From the NCBI GenBank assembly GCA_030432855.1, contig JAUILM010000001.1:1-31978 (forward strand): a stretch of DNA of 31,978 nt, in the 5' to 3' direction. The notes below the pieces were generated by a model that searched no databases, had not been told where the DNA came from, and saw nothing but the letters and a program-made list of their open reading frames with translations. Below are positions 20,801 through 26,724 of the stretch, piece after piece. Origin of the DNA: Bacteroidia bacterium (GTDB lineage Bacteria > Bacteroidota > Bacteroidia > Chitinophagales > Saprospiraceae). Within the stretch, counting starts at the first letter, position 1. Each line of letters opens with the position of its first letter. The position numbers and the translations under genes were made by a program.

Positions 20801-21217
20801 CATCCTGCTATGACAACTTTTGACGCTCCCGATCGGCTGGTATGTACTGCACAGCGGGAACGGACTAATACGCCCCTGCAGGCATTGGTACTATTGAATG
20901 ATCCACAATATGTGGAGGCGGCCCGGGTGCTGGCGGTTGCGATGCAGCAACAGGGAGGTGAAGCACTGGAAGATCAATTGATATTTGCCTGGCGTCGGAT
21001 CTGTGGAAGGTATCCGGACCGTCATGAAATGCTAACCCTGAAGGAACTGTATCATCATGAGTTGGAACGATTTCAAGGTAATCCGAATACCGCAAAGCAA
21101 TTATTGTCAATTGGCAAATTTCCATTGGATTCTTCTGTAGGGCTCCAGAAAACAGCAGCGCTGGCGATGGTAAATAATGCCATCATGAATTTTGATGAAG
21201 CCTATATGAAACGATAA
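17897..21217 (+). CDS. PSD1/planctomycete cytochrome c lipoprotein B (tandem paralog, same architecture)
   Basis: Lipobox VFS-C; CYPCH (18089-18103), [11 protein letters not shown] (18953-18967); LamG-like YTAGAWIK..WHQVFFSYDG..LYLDG; NPLTARVLVNRYWQ..HPDLLDWLA..RERTNTPLQALVLLN; 2 nt after paralog A. Confidence 0.93.
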   Translation: MERGDHKVFNLACYQSGKEWLWCMVLITVFSCQTTLPEDVATAWKGTPEQVDFNFHIRPILADRCYPCHGPDAERREADFRLDLEEEAFAPLSSGGYALVKGSLSRSKVWHRIISEDPDQQMPPPGSHLSLSAKEKALLARWIDQGADWKDHWAFIPLQRPEVPSDTVGWSASPIDRFLLQRMRQDGLTPSDPAHAEVLFRRVTMDLTGLPPTIEEMDKWLADTSEEAYIRWVDHCLQTEAHAERLALDWLDVARYGDTQGLHVDAERHYWPWRDWLIEAFRDNLPYDTLIVWQMAGDLLPEANQREILATAFHRLHPMSSEGGIPNEEFRQKYVQDRTNTTATAFLGLTMECASCHDHKFDPVSQEEYYSMSAFFNNMDELGLVNESNVDDPARPGTKHASGPVLLLPDSLQSRRLNVLEAELDSLYVVRELGREELASTRAFIESIKVEKVEPPKPVTRFAFDGISPYTVEDNVVHRIQGNQPIDQIVDGNHNALACGYPKVVKGMVGNALYSEEETDLVFLKRVGVFDLHEPYTAGAWIKTDKEGENQSIMGTGGAMGNGWRGWDFFLDSSNHLALRLVSMLPHNFVDVRSEDSIEVGTWHQVFFSYDGTARADGISLYLDGRRMNMQVRADRLSGTIKRRWRERPFWPHRPVMVFRSGRYHTGENGVYKGAIDQLRFYDQELSPLHIAALFEEDRGEASIKQAEDLREANLRHAWYQDEDLQIIDRQLRDLLRERTDTLKVIPDIMVMKDREQVRPTYVLDRGQYDLPTTPVKPGIPTALGGFPDSLPANRLGFAQWMISPQNPLTARVLVNRYWQMLFGSGLVTTPHDFGVQGSLPSHPDLLDWLACEFMDSGWDLRRLLRSMVLSKAYRQTSYVSEDLYDKDPSNRLLARASSYRWPAELIRDQALAASDLLVKKVGGRSVMPYQPDGIWDFGSLVSGNYREGEGDDLYRRSMYTYIRRTSPHPAMTTFDAPDRLVCTAQRERTNTPLQALVLLNDPQYVEAARVLAVAMQQQGGEALEDQLIFAWRRICGRYPDRHEMLTLKELYHHELERFQGNPNTAKQLLSIGKFPLDSSVGLQKTAALAMVNNAIMNFDEAYMKR
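21173..21210 (+). repeat. 38-bp exact direct repeat, copy 2 (3' end of paralog B)
   Basis: Identical to 17850-17887, including all third codon positions. Confidence 0.9.
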
Positions 21218-21232
21218 CCAGGGATCGGGAGC

Positions 21233-21285
21233 ATCAGAAAAAAATCTGATTTTATAAAATGAAATTTGTTTAGGCATTTTATAAA
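21233..21285. promoter_or_regulatory. Two adjacent AT-rich inverted repeats (terminator and/or operator)
   Basis: atcaga/tctgat (21233-21251) and perfect 11-bp tttataaaatg (21251-21261)/cattttataaa (21275-21285) between paralog B and the next gene. Confidence 0.35.
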
Positions 21286-21378
21286 CTGACGATATCAGAA
21301 ATCACTGTAAGAGCTTGTTGTAACCAGAAGTCCCCGATCTATATCTTATTTTGTACTCCAGAACCTAATAGGTATATA

Positions 21379-23580
21379 ATGGACCAAATGAAAAGTACTA
21401 AACGGTATCACTGTTCTACTGTGTTTCACCGTTTGAGAAAGCTTCCGTACTTGCTGGCCATCATTGGAGTCATACTAAGCAGTGGTGTGTTCCTGCAAGC
21501 GCAATCAGGGGAGACTTTTTTGCAAGATGTAAAGACAAATATAGTGTTGCCCGATACAGGTAATCAACAGATCTTGCAACTGCTGCAAGTGGGTGACGAA
21601 ATACTCGCTGTCTCACCAGAAAGTATTTTTAGATACAGGGACGGAAATTGGACTGTCCAGAAAACTAGCAAACGAAATTTCTGCACTATCCTTGATGGAG
21701 ATAACCAACGATGGATATTGACGGAAAGCGGTATTGAAGATGAAAATACTTCAGTCTCGATACCACTCCCCAAAGGCGTAGCCGGTGATTCTATACAGAG
21801 TCTGCTTTGGGAAGGAGATAAGTTACATGCCGGCACGAGCCGTGGTTTGTATACTTACAGTAAAGAATCCTGGGTGTCCGTCCCTCAGACACAAGGACTT
21901 CATGTCCGTGACATCGTGTTAGATGGGAAAGGTATCCTGTGGCTGGCTACTGACGGCGGACTACTCAGGCGAATGCCTCACGAATGGCAAAATCTGGACT
22001 ACATGTTAATGGCCCGTGGGACTGAGAATAATTATTTCGACCTGCATGTACTACCGACTAAGGATGATCTTTTATTTAGCGCACCCTGGTCGGTGGGTTG
22101 TATTGCCACGGATGGGGACCATTGGATGTGGACGGGCAAAGATGGGCTTCCGTATGGACCAGTGACGACCATTCGTTCGTATGAGGACGTGCTATGGTTT
22201 GGAACGCCAAAAGGAGTCTCTCGAAAGGAGGAGCGGGGTTGGCGCTATTTTGCCGGAAAAAGATGGTTAGAGGATGATCAGGTCAATGATATATTGCCTC
22301 TCGATAGATATACGGCCTGGATAGCAACTCCACAGGGTATCCAACAGATTCAATCCCTTGAAATGAGTCTGGAAGAAAAGGCGGCCCACTATGAAAAAAT
22401 AATTGCTGAACGACATGTTCGATTGGGGCTGGTGAACTACTCTGTCCTGGATGAGCCGGGGGATCTATCCACTAGTCATACGGTCAATCAGGACAATGAC
22501 GGTCTCTGGACCTGCACGTATCTGGCAGCTTCCTGTTTTAGATATGCCGTAGATGGCTCAGAAGAAGCCAGACAAAATGCGATACGCACCTTTGAAGCCG
22601 TAGAAAGATTGGAGACTGTTACAGGAATTGAAGGTTTGCCGGCACGATCTTTTGCACGAAGTACGGATGCGGTCGAGCAATCTCGTTCGCCTCATGCGAA
22701 GGTATGGCGTCCTTCTCCAGATCCGGATTGGCAGTGGTTAGATGATTGTAGCTCGGATGAAGTCGTGGGGCATATGTTTGCGCTCTCCATTTTTTATGAT
22801 TTGGTAGCTGATGGAGGGCAAAAAGAAAGAGTCGAGGGACTGGTACGTCGTACTATGGATCACATCATTGCCAACGATTTTCAGTTGATCGATTATGATG
22901 GGAAACCAACACGCTGGGGTATTTGGCAGCCTGACTCAATTAATAATTCAAAAAATTGGGCCTACGAAAAGGGATTATATTCTCTGGAGATCCTTTCTTT
23001 TTTAAAAACAGCCATCCACATTACCGGAGATGAGAAATATGAAAAAACCTATCAACATCTGATTGATCGGCACAATTATGCTAAAAATACTGTGGAGGCT
23101 AAAATTTATGGTCCATTCCAAAATGGATTTTCTGATGATATTCTGACGTTCTTTCCTTATTACTGCCTGGCACTGTATGCAAAAGATGATCCCTATTGGT
23201 CCCTCTATCAAAAAAGTGTGGAGCGAACCTGGAGGGTTTGCCAACCGGACCGGACGCCTCCCTGGAATATAATCGCCAGTATTGCATTGGATAAAGACTG
23301 CGATCTTGATGTCGCCAAAGAAGAACTGGCATTATTTCCTTTGGATCTGATTGACTGGACTATGACCAATAGTCATCGCTGGGACCTGGTAGAAAATCAA
23401 TTGGTAGGACGAGGAAGGGCACGACAGGCCACCACTCCCATTCCCACTCCAGAGGCAAGAATTTTCCGCTGGAATACTAATCCCTATCAGTTCGACAATG
23501 GTGTGGGAGGTAAGCGAGAAGTGACGGGGACCTATTTCCTCCTTTCATATTGGATGGCACGATATCATGGATTATTTTGA
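21379..23580 (+). CDS. Secreted uncharacterised protein: Reg_prop-like beta-propeller N-terminus + helical, putative (alpha/alpha)6 C-terminal domain
   Basis: Hydrophobic signal ending VFLQA-Q; propeller repeats VRDIVLDGKGILWLATDGGL, VTTIRSYEDVLWFGTPKGV, VNDILPLDRYTAWIATPQGI; C-terminal DNDGLWTCTYLAA..FRYAV, SSDEVVGHMF, DGKPTRWG, HITGDEKY. Confidence 0.75.
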   Translation: MDQMKSTKRYHCSTVFHRLRKLPYLLAIIGVILSSGVFLQAQSGETFLQDVKTNIVLPDTGNQQILQLLQVGDEILAVSPESIFRYRDGNWTVQKTSKRNFCTILDGDNQRWILTESGIEDENTSVSIPLPKGVAGDSIQSLLWEGDKLHAGTSRGLYTYSKESWVSVPQTQGLHVRDIVLDGKGILWLATDGGLLRRMPHEWQNLDYMLMARGTENNYFDLHVLPTKDDLLFSAPWSVGCIATDGDHWMWTGKDGLPYGPVTTIRSYEDVLWFGTPKGVSRKEERGWRYFAGKRWLEDDQVNDILPLDRYTAWIATPQGIQQIQSLEMSLEEKAAHYEKIIAERHVRLGLVNYSVLDEPGDLSTSHTVNQDNDGLWTCTYLAASCFRYAVDGSEEARQNAIRTFEAVERLETVTGIEGLPARSFARSTDAVEQSRSPHAKVWRPSPDPDWQWLDDCSSDEVVGHMFALSIFYDLVADGGQKERVEGLVRRTMDHIIANDFQLIDYDGKPTRWGIWQPDSINNSKNWAYEKGLYSLEILSFLKTAIHITGDEKYEKTYQHLIDRHNYAKNTVEAKIYGPFQNGFSDDILTFFPYYCLALYAKDDPYWSLYQKSVERTWRVCQPDRTPPWNIIASIALDKDCDLDVAKEELALFPLDLIDWTMTNSHRWDLVENQLVGRGRARQATTPIPTPEARIFRWNTNPYQFDNGVGGKREVTGTYFLLSYWMARYHGLF

Positions 23581-23710
23581 TGAATTTAGCTATTTTATAA
23601 GCTGGATATTGGTCACTTTTTCTAAGAATCGATCACTTGCGCACTAATTTCTCTTTTTTGTAAAATGTAGGGTGCATTTTTTGATAAATCCACATCCTAA
23701 TTTTTAACCC

Positions 23711-23962
23711 ATGGAGGATAATGAAATACTAAGAGAGCAGATTTTTCAAATTGTCAAAAATCAACTGGATGCCAATGATCCACCTGAGACGAAAATTACT
23801 TATGATCGATTGATTCAGGAGGGATTTGATGATTTACAAGCCCATCAATTAATTGCACAATGTGTTATCGTAGAATTATTTGATGTCATGAATTCCGGCA
23901 AACCTTTTGATCAGGAACGATATGTGAAGCATTTAGCTGCACTTCCGGAAGAACCATTCTGA
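23711..23962 (+). CDS. Small conserved hypothetical protein (DUF1841-like)
   Basis: 83 aa; IVKNQL..NDPPETK.TYDRL..G..A..LIAQC..E.F..M..GKPF..ERY..L..LP pattern recalled from a common small helical family. Confidence 0.7.
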   Translation: MEDNEILREQIFQIVKNQLDANDPPETKITYDRLIQEGFDDLQAHQLIAQCVIVELFDVMNSGKPFDQERYVKHLAALPEEPF

Positions 23963-23994
23963 ATTGCTTTGACTTTAAATCTTAAAGTGCAATT
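23962..23994. terminator. Possible bidirectional terminator between convergent genes
   Basis: aattgc-[tttg]-actttaa-atc-ttaaagt-gcaatt hairpin between the stops at 23962 (+) and 24018 (-); AT-rich and weak. Confidence 0.35.
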
Positions 23995-24017
23995 ACAAAA
24001 CGACTTTGTTGGACTGT

Positions 24018-24146
24018 CTAGTTAGCGGACCTATTTTCGTTCTTCTTTCCCTTCTTAGGTGAGAGCTTATACATCAAATATCCAAATCCCACCACAAAAT
24101 GCGCCAATACAATTACCAGGATCAATATGGACCAAAAATTTGACAT
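24018..24146 (-). CDS. Uncalled 42-aa single-pass membrane protein MSNFWSILILVIVLAHFVVGFGYLMYKLSPKKGKKNENRSAN
   Basis: ATG at 24146, TAG at 24018-24020; ~21-residue hydrophobic segment followed by a Lys-rich tail (positive-inside rule); below the ORF-track length cut-off. Confidence 0.7.
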   Translation of the reverse strand: MSNFWSILILVIVLAHFVVGFGYLMYKLSPKKGKKNENRSAN

Positions 24147-24340
24147 GTCTTTCAAATATTATTCTTCGTCAAGTTAGGATCAAATATTGAGGGGTTCTGT
24201 GATTGCTGTCACCACATGGACGATCCCGGTACCACAAACATCCCTTGGTGGACTATTTGATTATTCATTAAAATGGAGGTTAAAGACGTCCTAAAGTCGA
24301 TCGTCGTATTGGATGATTTCTAACGAAAGCTATCCTGTCG

Positions 24341-24369
24341 TTGGGATTTTGCATAGTCCTTTACATTTG
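24341..24369 (+). promoter_or_regulatory. Bacteroidota sigma-A-type promoter (-33 TTG / -7 TAnnTTTG)
   Basis: TTG 24341-24343, 18-nt spacer, TACATTTG 24362-24369; ~220 nt upstream of the 24592 ATG. Confidence 0.5.
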
Positions 24370-24591
24370 TCGGCTCATTTATAGGCTTTATAAGGGTTTG
24401 TTAATCAATTGATTGTGAGTTTTCTTTGTGGAATCATATATGTGTGTGCTGGCAAAACCATGAGCTTATTAATATTTTCCTTTCATCCAAAATAGTCCGC
24501 ATCTGATCATTTGAGGTCTACCATTCAAACCCTTGCCGGAGACACAACTTCTTAAAAATATAATATTGATGTCATAATAAGATCTGGCACC

Positions 24592-25713
24592 ATGAAGTAC
24601 GTAACTGCACTCTTTCTATGTTTATTTACAGCCATTTCCTCTGACCTCATTCAAGCTCAGGGATGTGTGGCCATTCGCGGATTTTCATCCTGTTCCGGCA
24701 CCATGGGCAGTGGATTTGCCCTAATGCAAGGTGATGTACTTCTTGGGGGAAATTTCCGCCACTTTAAGTCTTTTCGACATTTCCGGGGCGATCATGAAGA
24801 AACACATCGTGTCGAGGAGGGAACCGAAGTGATTAATAAATCCTCATTTCTTGATCTTTCAGTCAACTATGGCATTTCAGATCGATTCTATGCCAATGCG
24901 ACACTTCCTTTTGTTTTCCATGATCGATCTTCCATGTATGAGCACGGAGGTAATCCTCCCAATGGACTGGGAGAAAGACATACTACGCGCTCCAGTGGCC
25001 TTTCGGATATTCGACTGGGTGTAGGATACTGGCTGACCGATCCCATGAAACACAGCAAAGCAAATTATTCTGTGGGGTTGGGTATCAAACTCCCCACGGG
25101 TAAATATGACTATACCGATGTATTTTACAACCAGGGAGATGAGCGAAATGAAGATGTGGAGCGCGTTGTGGACCAGTCTATACAACCCGGCGATGGAGGT
25201 ATGGGATTTACCATTGACATAGCCGGTTATCACACACTCTCCGAACATTTGATGCTTACCAATAACTTCTATTATCTTTTTAATCCTCAGGAAACCAATG
25301 GCGTTTTGACCCGAAATGGTCGAGACGAGTTTTCTTGTCCCGACCAGTTTGCTGCCAGACTTGGTCTGAATTACTTTAATAAGCAGTTCGCTGCATATTT
25401 TGGTGGCAGGGTAGAAGGAGTGCCCTCTTCGGACCTGATAGGATCTAGTGCAGGATATCGTCGGCCCGGTTACGTAATCTCTGCGGAGCCCGGTGTGAGT
25501 TATTCTTTGGGAAATATGATTCTTAGTTTGAATGTCCCTGTGGCATTATATCGCAATCGTATCCAGAGCTATTCAGATAAGGAAAGGACGGCAGAAACTG
25601 GTCAGTATCGTAATGGTGACGCTGCATTTGCAAATTATCTGTTGAATTTTAATGTGAGTTACCGCATCAGTTCCGGGCCTAAAGCTGCCATCACGATGCC
25701 GGATGTCCATTAG
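24592..25713 (+). CDS. Putative outer-membrane beta-barrel channel (Phenol_MetA_deg/COG4313-like 'transporter')
   Basis: Signal peptide ending IQA-Q; mature N-terminus QGCVAIRGFSSC; GLSDIRLGVGYW, YSVGLGIKLPTG, amphipathic strands, terminal YLLNFNVSYRI strand. Confidence 0.65.
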   Translation: MKYVTALFLCLFTAISSDLIQAQGCVAIRGFSSCSGTMGSGFALMQGDVLLGGNFRHFKSFRHFRGDHEETHRVEEGTEVINKSSFLDLSVNYGISDRFYANATLPFVFHDRSSMYEHGGNPPNGLGERHTTRSSGLSDIRLGVGYWLTDPMKHSKANYSVGLGIKLPTGKYDYTDVFYNQGDERNEDVERVVDQSIQPGDGGMGFTIDIAGYHTLSEHLMLTNNFYYLFNPQETNGVLTRNGRDEFSCPDQFAARLGLNYFNKQFAAYFGGRVEGVPSSDLIGSSAGYRRPGYVISAEPGVSYSLGNMILSLNVPVALYRNRIQSYSDKERTAETGQYRNGDAAFANYLLNFNVSYRISSGPKAAITMPDVH

Positions 25714-25727
25714 ATCAAAGACTTATC

Positions 25728-26008
25728 TCATTTTCTGGTCCGGTTTCTTTGCCTGAGCCAATTGCCAAAGTCATCTGTGCAGCGTGATCAGAGGTTGTTC
25801 CCTTATTGGACATACCAAATCCGTGGTCTCCATTTTCATAGATATGTAGCTCGGTGGGATGGCCTTTATCTACCCATTCTTCATATGGATCAATGCTGTG
25901 TGGCACAAATTTTAGTCCATCATCTACTGGCCGCAACTAATAAACAGGTGTGGGAGAGTCGGGATCGTTCTTTCTCAAGACATACGGTTTGTCAAGATAG
26001 ATCGGAGC
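25728..26008 (-). pseudogene. Frameshifted C-terminal remnant of an alpha/beta-hydrolase paralogous to 28444..29318
   Basis: Reads APIYLDKPYVLRKNDPDSPTP / [fs] VAAS / DDGLKFVPHSIDPYEEWVDKGHPTELHIYENGDHGFGMSNKGTTSDH / [fs] TDDFGNWLRQRN, versus APIYLYKPAVIGTDYPDSSTPMFIAVASDDGLKF..DHWTADFTNWLVQRK in the longer copy. Confidence 0.85.
25785..25924. repeat. 140-bp direct repeat, copy 1
   Basis: 133/140 identical to 28502-28641 (7 substitutions, no gaps, aligned by hand). Confidence 0.92.
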
Positions 26009-26303
26009 ATTCTAAAGAGTCGTACATGTTGTGCTAGTTGAGTACAACGGTGACTTACTTTGTACTGAAATTTTCACATCAGTTCTGTCCATTACTTGCC
26101 ATAGAATTCAGTTTTACTCTGCCTTATAGAACTGGTTGATCAGAAAAATCTCGATGAGAATTCGTAATTTAATTGCTATGGATTAGATTATTATGTATCT
26201 TCTATCATATGTAATGACATCTTATATGCCCCACAAATGCGTACAGACGAATTTGTAAGTTGCTAGTTGACATATGCTGTGAGGGAAGTAGCTGAGCAAG
26301 GGA

Positions 26304-26334
26304 TTGATCCTTCCTGTACTTCTTAGCACTTTTG
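26304..26334 (+). promoter_or_regulatory. Near-consensus Bacteroidota promoter for the lipoprotein/FAD-oxidase pair
   Basis: TTG 26304-26306, 20-nt spacer, CACTTTTG 26327-26334 (one mismatch to TAnnTTTG); supports ATG 26353 as the start. Confidence 0.3.
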
Positions 26335-26352
26335 CCAGTAAAATTCGCTTCT

Positions 26353-26715
26353 ATGAAACCCCAACTAATTCAAATTTTACTCGTATTTCTATCCATGGCA
26401 TTCCTGTCTACATCTTGTGTCAGCACACGAGTGGAAGCCAGTCCTTATCAGGATAGCGTTGAGAATCTGGAATGTAGGAAATCGTCAAGCTGGAGCTATT
26501 ACTGGGGTCTGAAACAGAAGAGAGTTGATGCAAATCCAGAAGTGGAAGGAAATATTTGCCCTTGTAGAGAGGGGGCGCTATCCTGGGTTGTTGTAAAATC
26601 TAACTTTTCAGACTTTCTCTTAAGTACAGTGACATTGGGCATTGTGAACCATAGGACGGTGACTTATGGATGTGCCCGACCCCAGCAAACCGATGAACCT
26701 TCCTTAGACAATTAA
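26353..26715 (+). CDS. Bor/Iss-like small lipoprotein
   Basis: MKPQLIQILLVFLSMAFLSTS-C lipobox; SYYWGLKQKRVDA..C..SNFSDFLLSTVTLGIVNHRTVTYGC resembles the Lambda_Bor pattern (FF.G..VDA..C..TF.N.LL..ITLGIY.P..V.C). Confidence 0.65.
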   Translation: MKPQLIQILLVFLSMAFLSTSCVSTRVEASPYQDSVENLECRKSSSWSYYWGLKQKRVDANPEVEGNICPCREGALSWVVVKSNFSDFLLSTVTLGIVNHRTVTYGCARPQQTDEPSLDN

Positions 26716-26724
26716 AAGTAGGCC

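Noticed and set aside
443-23332. Numerous short antisense or alternate-frame ORFs in the track (e.g. 443..904, 3385..3879, 9781..10164, 15846..16208, 19193..19624, 21564..21836)
   Set aside because: All lie within long, motif-supported CDSs and have no recognisable features; shadow ORFs.
24370-24591. Known riboswitch (cobalamin, TPP, SAM) in the long leader
   Set aside because: No conserved aptamer motifs recognised.
26034-26270. 10-bp direct repeat tgctagttga occurring twice
   Set aside because: Too short, only two copies; compatible with chance.
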